A stretch of DNA of 64,000 bases from Candidatus Poribacteria bacterium (lineage in GTDB: Bacteria > Poribacteria > WGA-4E > WGA-3G). Below the pieces are notes generated by a model, which saw only the letters and a program-made list of their open reading frames with translations, was not told the origin of the DNA and made no database searches. Position numbers and translations under genes: made by a program. Below, one piece after another: positions 1 to 9,860 of this stretch (position 1 is the first letter of the stretch; each line of letters starts with the position of its first letter). The stretch covers positions 288,001-352,000 of the forward strand of contig OZ219753.1 of NCBI GenBank assembly GCA_964291315.2, in the 5' to 3' direction.

Positions 1-453
1 GTCTCCGTAGGAGAACACGATGTCGTCAAAAACGTTTTAGAAAAGCTAGGTGAAATTAATTTTTGGCGTGTTGCCATGAAGCCTGGAAAACCACAAGCTT
101 ACGGCATCGCCGATGGAAAACCGATTTTTGGGTTACCCGGCAATCCAGTCTCTTCGCTTGTCGTATTTGAGCTCTTTGTACGACCAGCCCTTTTGAAAAT
201 GGCAGGACATACAGATATACTGCGGCCAACCTTCAAAGCTGTCCTGTCAGAAAGCGTCAGTAACAAAGACGCCCGTGTTAACTATATACGAGCAATTCTC
301 AAGCCTGCCGATGATGGATACACCGCTCAAACAACCGGACCGCAAGGATCCGGTATTTTGCTTTCACTTGTCTTAGCGAATGGTTTGATCATAATTCCAG
401 CAGGTGTGACGTTAGAGGCAGGAGAAACAGTGGATGCCCAATTCATGTTCTAA
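1..453 (+). CDS. moeA: Molybdopterin molybdenumtransferase MoeA, C-terminal part (5' truncated by window)
   Basis: Frame open from base 1 (VSVGEHDVVK...FWRVAMKPGKP); motifs MKPGKP, GLPGNPVS, QGSGIL..L..ANGLI. Confidence 0.95.
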   Translation, partial: VSVGEHDVVKNVLEKLGEINFWRVAMKPGKPQAYGIADGKPIFGLPGNPVSSLVVFELFVRPALLKMAGHTDILRPTFKAVLSESVSNKDARVNYIRAILKPADDGYTAQTTGPQGSGILLSLVLANGLIIIPAGVTLEAGETVDAQFMF

Positions 454-573
454 ATTTAATAGTGAGGGAACCTCTGTGGTTGTCGACACGCTTGTTTATG
501 TCTAGGGAATCGCCGCATCGAAACCTACCACGCGAATGTCCAGCTGAAATCATCAAACTAACACAGGCATTTC

Positions 574-1422
574 CTATGATCTAACCTTTGTCTCTGGAAT
601 TTCGACCGGCAAATCCAGCCGGTCACCCCACTCTTTCCAGGAACCTATGTAGTTGCTCACCTTTGGATACCCCAAAAGTCGCAATGCCAAATAGGCTTGG
701 GAAGAGCGGTATCCGCCCTGTCAGTAGCACATGACCTGTTTGTGCGGTGTAATACCGGCCGCTTCATACATCTGCCGGAGTTCATCAGCAGGTTTGAAGG
801 CACCTGTTTCGTCAAGATTGTGTAGCCATTCGATGTGAATAGAACCGGGAATCGCTCCTGCGCGCTTTGCACGGGCGATCCTGCCGTAGTGTTCATCATC
901 GGTTCGAGTATCTAGGCGGATAAAGTTATCCCGGCTGAGCAAAAGACGGATCGCATCGGCATCCATATGTGTATCCTGTTGAGGGTTTATTGGGAAGGGT
1001 GGTACTGCTGGAGGTTCAGTACCGGTTGTGCTGATAGGACCCCCCGCTGCGATCCAGGCCTTGAAACCACCATCCAGCAAACGGGTTTCCGGGTGTCCTA
1101 AGTACTCACAAAACCAAAAACCGCGTGAGGCCCGTGTTCCAGAGATGTCCTCATACCATATGATTTGTTTCCGCGGATCGAGTCCGCGCTGCTGAAACAG
1201 ATATGCTATCATCCACATAAAGGTGTCGAAAGTATCTTTGCTGGTATCAATGAGGCTTAAACCGAACAGATCTAAATGAAGAGCACCGGGTATATGCCCG
1301 CGCATATATTCATAAACTGGTCGTGTGTCAAGGATGCAGTGTGTTTCATCGTTTATTGTGCCCTTTAATTCATCAGCAGAGATAACCAAGTGTGGATTCT
1401 TATAACCTTTGTAGTCTTCCAT
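574..1422 (-). CDS. Two-domain rhodanese (thiosulfate/3-mercaptopyruvate sulfurtransferase) with in-frame TGA at the catalytic position; probable selenoprotein
   Basis: GHIPGA and GAIPGS rhodanese motifs; after the TGA at 721-723 the frame continues [32 protein letters not shown]...RS to TAG at 574-576; ATG 1422 preceded by AAGGAG. Confidence 0.9.
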
Positions 1423-1468
1423 TTTAACTCCTTTTGCAGTCATTTAAGATGCTGTTGCTGTGTTTCGG

Positions 1469-2851
1469 TTAGCGTGGACTTCTCTTGGCACCGTTTGTAT
1501 TAACAAGTTTCCTAGTTTTCCATTTTCCTGTGCGATACCAAAGCCACATGACGACACCTTGCACAACGTTTGATAGGGCAATTCCCAACCAAACGCCATT
1601 GAGACCCATCAGATGTGATAGTAGAATCACAAGTCCTAAACCGACTCCGACTTGTGAGACGAGTGTAATTACCATCGGAGAGAGCGTATCCCCTGCACCG
1701 TTAAGTGCTCTGCCTGAAATAAGTGAAAAGGCAATAAATCCAAATGTTGGAGACAAAAACTGCAGGTAAACAGCCCCGATCTCAATAACTGTTAGGTTGG
1801 CGGTGAAGATCTGAACGAAGGTCTGTGGAAAAATAAGAAAAACTGCGCCAATTCCTGACATAAGCGCAGCCCCTAAGAGATTTGCTGTCCGTGTTGATTT
1901 TTCGGCGCGTTCTGTCTGATTCGCGCCTAAATTTTGACCAACTAATGGCGAGACTGAATTTGCGATACCGAAGCCCGGATTCATTACCAAAATTCGAAGC
2001 CGCATGCAAATTGTATATGCGGCAACAATGTTTTTCCCGTAGGGTCCGATGATCCATAAGAAACCGAGTCTTGAGAAATGCCGGCAGAATCCTTGCATAG
2101 AACTATAAACCCCCAGTCGTAAAATGTCAAGTATCTCTATCATATCTACTCGGTATTGCACCCGCCGCAGTGAAACTGGGCCCCGGTTTGTCCAGCAGAG
2201 ATAAAGCAGCACAATCACCCCGGCTCCACGTCCGATGAGGGTTGCGTACGCTGAACCGGCTACGCCCAGTTTTGGAAATCCCCACAGCCCGAAAATCAGC
2301 AACGGATCAAGTACAATGTTAATTAATGTTGAGAAAACCAACACGACCATTGGTGTGAAAGAATCGCCGCCAGATCGGAAGATGGAGCCGAGAACCATCG
2401 ACACAAACATTGTGCTGATACCGGCAAGTGTGATATGCATGTAAGTTGTCCCGAGACTTAACACCTCTGGATCAACCATTCGAACGGCGAGTAATCCTGG
2501 CTTCGCTAGTGGGTAACCGGCAAGCGTAACTGCGATAGAGAAAAAAACAGCTAGTAGGAGTGCCTGCATCGCGATGTGCTCAGCTTTATTGAGGTTACGA
2601 GCCCCGAGATGCTGCGCGACCATAATCCCCGCACCTGTTGAGACGCCGAGTGAGAATACTCCGATTAGTCGGAGCAAATTTCCACTTACGCCGACGGCAG
2701 CGATTGCCCCCGGGCCAAGTCTGCCAACGAAAATCATATCAACAATGTTAAAGGCATCTTGGAGAATGTAGCTAAATATTATCGGTACAGAGAGTCGTAG
2801 AAGGTGTTTAAAAAGACTTCCCTGAGTCAAATCTCCATGTCTTTTTCTCAT
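1469..2851 (-). CDS. MATE family efflux transporter
   Basis: DLTQGSLFKHLLRLSVP, VDMIFVGRLG, NIVLDPLLIFG, GQNLGA; about 12 hydrophobic segments. Confidence 0.93.
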   Translation of the reverse strand: MRKRHGDLTQGSLFKHLLRLSVPIIFSYILQDAFNIVDMIFVGRLGPGAIAAVGVSGNLLRLIGVFSLGVSTGAGIMVAQHLGARNLNKAEHIAMQALLLAVFFSIAVTLAGYPLAKPGLLAVRMVDPEVLSLGTTYMHITLAGISTMFVSMVLGSIFRSGGDSFTPMVVLVFSTLINIVLDPLLIFGLWGFPKLGVAGSAYATLIGRGAGVIVLLYLCWTNRGPVSLRRVQYRVDMIEILDILRLGVYSSMQGFCRHFSRLGFLWIIGPYGKNIVAAYTICMRLRILVMNPGFGIANSVSPLVGQNLGANQTERAEKSTRTANLLGAALMSGIGAVFLIFPQTFVQIFTANLTVIEIGAVYLQFLSPTFGFIAFSLISGRALNGAGDTLSPMVITLVSQVGVGLGLVILLSHLMGLNGVWLGIALSNVVQGVVMWLWYRTGKWKTRKLVNTNGAKRSPR

Positions 2852-2961
2852 ATTTTCGTGCTTTGGTTTCTACATTGAACTGCTTGGTTACTCCACCGGA
2901 CTTCTATGTCTAATAAAAATGTTCTATTATCAAGCTTATAAATTTTGTGCAGGTTTTGTTC

Positions 2962-2990
2962 ATATTAGCAAAATTCTGTTCAGCCGTCAA
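2962..2990 (-). promoter_or_regulatory. Sigma70-type promoter for the MATE gene
   Basis: TTGACG-17 nt-TAATAT on minus strand with TG before the -10. Confidence 0.5.
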
Positions 2991-3076
2991 GACGAAAAAC
3001 AGGTTTTAGGCATATCAAGTGTTTCTCTGAATCTGAAGGTGCCTTAAGTAAGGTGTTACTACTACAGTGTTTTTCT

Positions 3077-3106
3077 TTGACAGTGTTATTAAAAAATTGT
3101 TATAAT
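3077..3106 (+). promoter_or_regulatory. Sigma70-type promoter (extended -10)
   Basis: TTGACA 3077-3082, 18 nt, TATAAT 3101-3106 preceded by TGn. Confidence 0.7.
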
Positions 3107-3149
3107 TATTTTGTGTGCTTTTAAGGTGGAAACCGCCGTAACATTGAAA

Positions 3150-3440
3150 TCTCTAATCCGGTTTGGGTTGATGACAAATTTGGGAAAGCATTTCAGTTTG
3201 GTGGTGAAGGCAGCGACGCATACACCATGGCGAGGGTACGGGTGCATTGAATGTGAACGAGTGTCCATTTACGGTGTGGATTCATGCCGATCATTGGGAC
3301 GGCACGCGCCAAATTGTTGGCAAATCTGTTCATGGTGGGTGTGCAGGCAGAACATCGTGCTGCCTGTTCAGTGAAGCCTGCGTTTTCAAACTCCGTTTTG
3401 AGACCGAAGGTGGCAGGGCCGACGTGACAACTGATTTTCT
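3150..3440 (+). pseudogene. Decayed fragment of a LamG-domain gene, paralogous to 5482..6261
   Basis: Translates with frameshifts to NPVWVDDKFGKAFQFGGEGSD... and LNVNECPFTVWIHADHWDGTRQIVGKSVHGGCAGRT...FKLRFETEGGRADVTTD, matching the intact gene. Confidence 0.88.
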
Positions 3441-3542
3441 GGGAAACAGTGTAGGCGTACTTACCGATCTCACTCGCTTCCCCCGTGTACTCACCTGTCT
3501 CACACCTATCAGAGAAAAATCAATATCCTCACGGAGATTAGC

Positions 3543-5357
3543 ATGTTTTGGGAACAGGTAAAAAGATACTATAGTGCAGGTTCTGCCCATGAATTCCTGC
3601 TCCATTTTAACGTACAGGACCTTCTATACGACGATGTTTACGGTTACCTGCCTGCCTTCGACTACCTGATGGAGCAACTTAATGTATTAGGTTGTGATCT
3701 TGTCCTCGGATATAATACGTCACACGGAATTATTTGGCCAAATATTTGGCGATGGTTGAACACACAGCGGATGTTAAAACTCATTCCTGTGGATCAAGAG
3801 CCCCCCCCGGAGAACGAACGCCCCAGAATCAACGCCAGTTTGGCGGTCTATAAACTTCATGAAGACCCGTTTATAAATGTGAATCCTGAGCCATCAGGTG
3901 AGTTACAAGAACAGCTCAACAATCTCTTGGGGCAAGGTCGGGCAAAAGTTGGGTTAATTATCAATTTTTTGGAGCATTTAGCACCGAACGATCTTTCTTT
4001 GGGGGGCGACAGCAGCTACGATTCATACCGCTTTTTTAGTAGGATCCAAAATTGGGCCTCTGACTTAGATATCCGGAGGCGCGGGCATATCATACTCCTC
4101 CTCACTCAAAATACATTTGATATTCATCCGAGTCTTACCGTCAATCCAGAGATTCCAGTGGTAGAGATTCCATTTCCGGATTACAATCAACGGCATCATT
4201 TTATTGAACATCTGCATACCATCTCAGACGATTTATCGCAGATGCGTAAAACTCTCGGTGACGAGCACGATAGAGAAGTCTTAGCGCGTGAGACGACAGG
4301 GCTCAACCTTTTCGGCATACACGATGTTGTGCGGCAGGCAGAATCCGCAGAGGAGCAAGCCGGCGGTGAACCGCTCGTTCGCTACCGGCGTGAGAGCATC
4401 AGGACCTTCAGCCAAGGTGTCCTTGGACTTGGTGAAACGCATACAAGTGGTTCTGCGGATGGCTGGTATGTCATGCGGGCAATTAGGCACATTGCCGACG
4501 GTATGAAAGATGGAGATCTCCGCCGCGTACCACGCGGAGTCCTTTTCCTCGGACCGCCAGGCACTAGCAAGAGTTACGCTGCACAATTGCTTGCTGGTGA
4601 GGCGGGAATGATCTTTGTGCAACTCCGCTACGCTAGTCAAGTGGGCGAGGTAGTTGTCAACGTCAACGAAAACATGAACGCGTACGAGCGAAATTTGAAC
4701 GCTGCTATCAGCTTTATCCGTGGTATCTCACCTGTGGTCGTTTTTATTGATGAAATAGAGCATGCATCGCCGCATACCAGTATGTATCTAGAAGAACAGC
4801 AGCCGTTCCCACAAAGCCTTATGAATGTAATTAGTGACGAGTCTTTACACGGCAGAGTAATATGGGCAGCGGCGGCGCACCGTCCGGATCTGATGCCGCA
4901 GATATTCCGGCGGCATGGCATCTTCGACACTAAATTCGTCATGCTACCCCGGATCGCTGAGGGCAGAATCGAGGTTTTGAAGGTATTTTGTCGCAGGAAA
5001 ACTGAAAATGATATTAACTTCCGAGCCCTCGTCGGTACTCCAGATACGGACGGGTTAACCGATCGAGACCTGTTTCTGATTGTTCAGCGTGCAAATAATA
5101 TCGCTAGGCATAACCGACGCGACCGTCTTACTGAGACCGATCTCCGTCAATCTTTAGAAGACTTCATACCGACATATTCACCGGAGATGCAGCTTTTCAT
5201 GGGGTTGCTGGCATTGCGAGAAGCAAATTCCCGTATCATGATCCCGGATACACTGTTACCCGCCTACCAAGAATTTATGGATGGGAATCGCATCGACAAA
5301 ACACGGATTAATAGCCGCTTGTTGGAACTGAGCAATCAACTCAACTTAAATGTTTGA
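3543..5357 (+). CDS. AAA+ family ATPase (degenerate N-terminal module plus C-terminal AAA domain)
   Basis: PRGVLFLGPPGTSKS (Walker A), VVFIDE (Walker B); GGAG RBS upstream. Confidence 0.85.
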   Translation: MFWEQVKRYYSAGSAHEFLLHFNVQDLLYDDVYGYLPAFDYLMEQLNVLGCDLVLGYNTSHGIIWPNIWRWLNTQRMLKLIPVDQEPPPENERPRINASLAVYKLHEDPFINVNPEPSGELQEQLNNLLGQGRAKVGLIINFLEHLAPNDLSLGGDSSYDSYRFFSRIQNWASDLDIRRRGHIILLLTQNTFDIHPSLTVNPEIPVVEIPFPDYNQRHHFIEHLHTISDDLSQMRKTLGDEHDREVLARETTGLNLFGIHDVVRQAESAEEQAGGEPLVRYRRESIRTFSQGVLGLGETHTSGSADGWYVMRAIRHIADGMKDGDLRRVPRGVLFLGPPGTSKSYAAQLLAGEAGMIFVQLRYASQVGEVVVNVNENMNAYERNLNAAISFIRGISPVVVFIDEIEHASPHTSMYLEEQQPFPQSLMNVISDESLHGRVIWAAAAHRPDLMPQIFRRHGIFDTKFVMLPRIAEGRIEVLKVFCRRKTENDINFRALVGTPDTDGLTDRDLFLIVQRANNIARHNRRDRLTETDLRQSLEDFIPTYSPEMQLFMGLLALREANSRIMIPDTLLPAYQEFMDGNRIDKTRINSRLLELSNQLNLNV

Positions 5358-5418
5358 TGTAGGCCAGACAAATACGAGAGTGCGAAGATAATCTTTCTAT
5401 TTTTCGCCCCGATTTTTC

Positions 5419-5448
5419 TTGACAGATATCCTTACTGTTTGTTATAAT
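5419..5448 (+). promoter_or_regulatory. Sigma70-type promoter (extended -10) of the LamG gene
   Basis: TTGACA 5419-5424, 18 nt, TATAAT 5443-5448 preceded by TGn. Confidence 0.7.
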
Positions 5449-5481
5449 AACGCATCTTTATCTATAAGGGGGAAATTGGTA

Positions 5482-6261
5482 ATGAAATTAGGTATTTGTT
5501 TATGTTTTGGATTCCTTTTTGGGTTGACACCTTTGACTATGTCCATCGGTCCGGAGGAATTTAAGGACGGTTTGGTATTATATCACGCTTACGACGAAGG
5601 AAAAGGTGAAAAAGCCGCAGACCTTAGCGAAAATGGACATGAAGGTGTGATTGACAACCCAACATGGGTCGATGGAAAATTTGGAAAAGCATTGGAATTT
5701 GGCGGCGAAGGGAGCGACACGTTCGTCACCGTCGAAAGCACTGCCGCACTAAATGTGGACGCATGTACGTTTATGGCATGGATTAACGCTGAACATTGGG
5801 ACGGCGTACGCCAAATCGTCGGTAAATCTGTCCACGGCGGGTGTGGCGGTCGAACTCAATACGGACTCTTTAGTGAAAACGGCGTTTTTAAACTTCGCTT
5901 TGAAACTGAAGGCGGACGCGCTGATATTACAACTGATCTGCCTGACACAGGAAAGTTCGTACATGTTGCTTTCCCCAACGATACCAAGAAGGCAAAAATT
6001 TACATAGACGGCGATGAAGTAGTCGAACAGGATACGCCCGGAAAACTCAATGTTAACGATGATCCCTGGCGCATTGCCCAAGACTGTGACCGGCCTGCTT
6101 ATGTTTTTGCGGGTATTATTGACGAAGTCCGCCTCTGGGATCGCGCTTTGAATGAAGATGAGATCAACACGTTTATGGAGCAAGGGGCGAAAGAAGCTCT
6201 CGCTGTTGAAGCTGGCGGGAAACTCCCCATTACCTGGAGCTACCTTAAACAAAGTCGTTAA
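5482..6261 (+). CDS. Secreted LamG/concanavalin-A-like domain protein
   Basis: Signal-peptide-like MKLGICLCFGFLFGL; WVDGKFGKALEF, HVAF, IYIDG, FAGIIDEVRLWDRAL; C-terminal AVEAGGKLPITWSYLK; start moved to ATG 5482 because the TTG at 5419 is the -35 box. Confidence 0.88.
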   Translation: MKLGICLCFGFLFGLTPLTMSIGPEEFKDGLVLYHAYDEGKGEKAADLSENGHEGVIDNPTWVDGKFGKALEFGGEGSDTFVTVESTAALNVDACTFMAWINAEHWDGVRQIVGKSVHGGCGGRTQYGLFSENGVFKLRFETEGGRADITTDLPDTGKFVHVAFPNDTKKAKIYIDGDEVVEQDTPGKLNVNDDPWRIAQDCDRPAYVFAGIIDEVRLWDRALNEDEINTFMEQGAKEALAVEAGGKLPITWSYLKQSR

Positions 6262-6447
6262 AATGGACTTAAAACCTAAATCTGTAAGGTAATTTATTTT
6301 GCTGGGCGAGGCTAAAAAGTCTCGCCTCTATTCAAATGGCGAGATCTTTGCGAACGCCCTGGTTCCATTTTTTGGCGGCGGTTCTCCTCACCTCTATTTA
6401 TTTTTCCCTTGGTGCGTGTTGTAAAACTGCTTTGCCAATTAAAAGAG

Positions 6448-7221
6448 ATGTTTGAAACTTCAACAACAATTTCATGTAGAAACTGCGATACGCAGATTGT
6501 AGTAGATGCGTTTGTTAAAAACTTCAAGGTGTGCCCATATTGTGATTACCATCATTATATGAATGCACATGAACGGCTCAACCTCATCGTAGATGCAGCC
6601 AGTTTTGAGGAATACGATGCGAACCTCTACTCCATTGATTCATTGGAATTCCCGGGGTATCCGCAAAAGCTGGAGAGAGATACTGCGAAAACGGGACTCA
6701 GATCCGAGATGCTCTCTGGTATAGCAAAGATTGGGGGCCATCCGACCGCTATCGCGATCGGTGATGTTGGTTTTATTGGTGGAACATGCGGTTCGGTGAT
6801 TGGTGAAAAAGTCACCCGATGCATTGAGCGGGCTCTTGAACGGGATCTGCCGTTAGTGATCGTCTCTGTCAGTGGCGGAATGCGTATGCAGGAAGGCACA
6901 CTCGCCTTAATGCAGATGGCGAAAACCGCTGCGGCCTGTGTTGAATACACAAAAGCAGGTGTTTTTTATATCTCCGTTGTTACAGATCCGACTTTTGGCG
7001 GTGCTACTGCTAGCTACACCTCACTCGGGGATGTGATTATTGCGGAGCCTAGGGCACGTATTGGATTTGCAGGCCCGTTGGCCGTTTCGAGTCTTCGTGA
7101 GGAACTTCCTGAAAACTTCCAAAAAGCAGAATCATTACTCGAACATGGGTTCATTGACTCCATCGTCCCCCGTTCAGACATGCGCCAGAAGCTTACCGAT
7201 TTGATTGCTTTTGTGTCGTAA
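6448..7221 (+). CDS. accD: Acetyl-CoA carboxylase carboxyltransferase beta subunit
   Basis: CRNC...CPYC zinc finger, SGGMRMQEG, DPTFGG, IGFAGP, FQKAESLLEHGFID. Confidence 0.93.
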   Translation: MFETSTTISCRNCDTQIVVDAFVKNFKVCPYCDYHHYMNAHERLNLIVDAASFEEYDANLYSIDSLEFPGYPQKLERDTAKTGLRSEMLSGIAKIGGHPTAIAIGDVGFIGGTCGSVIGEKVTRCIERALERDLPLVIVSVSGGMRMQEGTLALMQMAKTAAACVEYTKAGVFYISVVTDPTFGGATASYTSLGDVIIAEPRARIGFAGPLAVSSLREELPENFQKAESLLEHGFIDSIVPRSDMRQKLTDLIAFVS

Positions 7222-7509
7222 TGTGGCGAATCACTCCGTCTTTTTTTTGTAACCGGAAATGAAGTTTGTGCTTTATACTTTTGTACCGTGCGCTGGTTGA
7301 TTAATGGAACATGAAACTATTATCAACCTTGAACGTTAACAGAAGTGCGTAGCTATGAAATAATTACGTATTGTTAGTAGTGTCTTTGCCGACATATTGT
7401 TTTTGGATATTTCGTCGTTGACAGAAAATCTCCGAACTTGTATCTGAAGACTGATGCCTACTAGATCAGGGGATCTGTCGTTTCAAAGGCGGGAACATAG
7501 GAATAATAC

Positions 7510-9792
7510 ATGTCTAAGTCACTGGTCGTCGTTGAATCACCGGCGAAAGCGAGAACCATCAAAAAGATCTTAGGTCCGGATTATGTTGTTGAATCGTCCG
7601 TTGGGCATATTCGCGATTTACCGAAAAAAGAACTCGGAGTGGATATCGAAAACGCCTTCGCGCCGAAATACGTTCTCATTCATGGGAAAGGTAAGGTTGT
7701 GAAAGCCCTCCAGAGCGAGGCGCGGAAAGTAGACAATATTTATCTTGCTGCTGATCGCGACCGCGAGGGTGAAGCTATTTGTTGGCATCTCGCTGAAGAA
7801 TTGAAGAAATCTCAGAAACCGATCTACCGGATAATCTACAACGAGATCACGAGAAGCGCTATTTTAAATGCGATCAAACATCCGGGCGAGATTGATATGT
7901 CACTTGTTGACGCGCAACAAGCACGGCGCGTTCTGGATCGGCTCGTGGGATACCAAATTAGTCCTATTTTATGGCGCAGTGTTAGGCCCGGACTCAGTGC
8001 AGGCAGGGTCCAGTCAGTTGCGGTTCGACTTATTTGCGAACGCGAGGTAGAAATTGAGAAGTTTAAACCTGAAGAATACTGGACGCTCACGGCTACGTTG
8101 ACTGCTATTGACGTTGAGCACCTGTTCCCCGCGAAATTACATAAGATTGGTAGCAAGAAAGGTGAAATTAATAACTACGGATTCCGTATAGAGGAAGCAC
8201 GGGCAAAGGAGCTCGCTGCAGATGCCAAGACAAAAACTTATGTTGTCGAAAAGGTCGAAAAACGAGAACGAAAGCAGAGACCTGTTCCTCCGTTTATCAC
8301 GAGTACTTTACAACAGGAGGCATCCCGAAAACTCCGGTTTACTGCAAAAAAGACGATGTTTATTGCACAACAACTCTATGAGGGGTTAGAAATTGGGAGT
8401 GAAGGTTCGGTGGGACTCATCACATATATGCGTACGGATTCGACACGCGTGGCCCAAGAAGCGGTTCAAGCAGCAAGAGGCTTCATTAAAGACACATATG
8501 GTACGGAATATTTACCTGCAAGGGCGGTTGCTTACCGGAGCAAGAGAGGGGCACAAGATGCACATGAAGCCATTCGTCCGACTGTTCCGTTGCGACCTCC
8601 AGAAGGATTGAAAACTCATTTGAGCAGTGAGCAGTATCGCCTGTACGACTTGATTTGGAAGCGGTTCATAGCGAGTCAAATGCAGCCTGCTATCTTGGAT
8701 GCCACAACAGTTGACATTAAGGCGGGGGATTACCTCTTCCGTGCCACGGGGTCGGTTATCAAGTTTAGCGGGTTCAGGCGTATCTATATCGAAGGGAAAG
8801 ACGATGTTGCTGCTGATGAAAATGGCACTGGTAGAGAGAATATTAATTTACCGATAGTCAAAGCTGGCGACAAACTGGATCTGCGCAAGTTAGAACCAAA
8901 GCAACACTTCACACAGCCGCCACCGCGTTACAACGAAGCCACGCTCGTTAAGATGTTAGAGAAGAAAGATATCGGGCGTCCGAGCACTTATGCTTCTATT
9001 CTGTCGACTATTCAGGACCGCGGTTATGTGACGAAAGAAAGCAGGCAGCTGCTGCCTACCGATGTCGGCAGGCTCGTTAATCATCTTCTTATTCACGGTT
9101 TCCCGAACATTGTCGATGTAGAATTCACAGCGAAAATGGAGGAACAACTGGATACTATTGCGGAAGGGAACGTCAAATGGGCAGAAACCTTAAAAGCGTT
9201 TTATCCGGACTTCCAAACCGCATTGCAAGAAGCACCCGATAAGATGTATGAAGCCCGGAAATCAATAGAAGAAGAATCAGATCAGAAATGTGATAAGTGT
9301 GGCAGTCATATGATTATCAAGTGGGGCAGATACGGACGGTTCCTCGGATGTGCTAGCTATCCGGAATGTGCAAACATCAAACCATTGAACACGGATAATA
9401 CCCCGCATCCGGAACCTGAACCAACCGACACCGTTTGCGACAAATGCGGCAAACCGATGCTCATCAAAACGAACCGGATGGGCGGGAAGTTTTTGGCATG
9501 TAGCGGATATCCTACCTGCAAAAACGCTAAGCCGCTCCCAATCGGAATCGACTGTCCCGAACCCAACTGCGCCGGCTACCTGGGGGAACGCCGCACCCGA
9601 CGTGGGAAGGTCTTTTATGGGTGTAGCAACTATCCGAAGTGTGAATTCTCAACATGGGATAAACCTATTTCTGAACCCTGTCCGGAATGCAATGCTCCAT
9701 TTTTAGTTGAGAAAACGAAAAAGGTGAGAGGTAGTGAAACAGAGCGTATTTCTATTGCTTGTCTCTCATGTAAATATACAAAGACCAAGTAA
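7510..9792 (+). CDS. topA: DNA topoisomerase I with C-terminal zinc ribbons
   Basis: VESPAKA, DREGEAI, SAGRVQS, LITYMRTDS, AHEAIRPT, GRPSTY; several C4 motifs. Confidence 0.98.
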   Translation: MSKSLVVVESPAKARTIKKILGPDYVVESSVGHIRDLPKKELGVDIENAFAPKYVLIHGKGKVVKALQSEARKVDNIYLAADRDREGEAICWHLAEELKKSQKPIYRIIYNEITRSAILNAIKHPGEIDMSLVDAQQARRVLDRLVGYQISPILWRSVRPGLSAGRVQSVAVRLICEREVEIEKFKPEEYWTLTATLTAIDVEHLFPAKLHKIGSKKGEINNYGFRIEEARAKELAADAKTKTYVVEKVEKRERKQRPVPPFITSTLQQEASRKLRFTAKKTMFIAQQLYEGLEIGSEGSVGLITYMRTDSTRVAQEAVQAARGFIKDTYGTEYLPARAVAYRSKRGAQDAHEAIRPTVPLRPPEGLKTHLSSEQYRLYDLIWKRFIASQMQPAILDATTVDIKAGDYLFRATGSVIKFSGFRRIYIEGKDDVAADENGTGRENINLPIVKAGDKLDLRKLEPKQHFTQPPPRYNEATLVKMLEKKDIGRPSTYASILSTIQDRGYVTKESRQLLPTDVGRLVNHLLIHGFPNIVDVEFTAKMEEQLDTIAEGNVKWAETLKAFYPDFQTALQEAPDKMYEARKSIEEESDQKCDKCGSHMIIKWGRYGRFLGCASYPECANIKPLNTDNTPHPEPEPTDTVCDKCGKPMLIKTNRMGGKFLACSGYPTCKNAKPLPIGIDCPEPNCAGYLGERRTRRGKVFYGCSNYPKCEFSTWDKPISEPCPECNAPFLVEKTKKVRGSETERISIACLSCKYTKTK

Positions 9793-9860
9793 CGAGACGT
9801 GTTAGGTTACATTGTGGGTACAGTTTCAAATAACATCCTAACCTCTCGGGAATTTGTTAA

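Noticed and set aside
657-899. ORF 657..899 as a frameshifted continuation of the rhodanese
   Set aside because: The rhodanese motifs continue in the original frame through the TGA, so no frameshift is needed.
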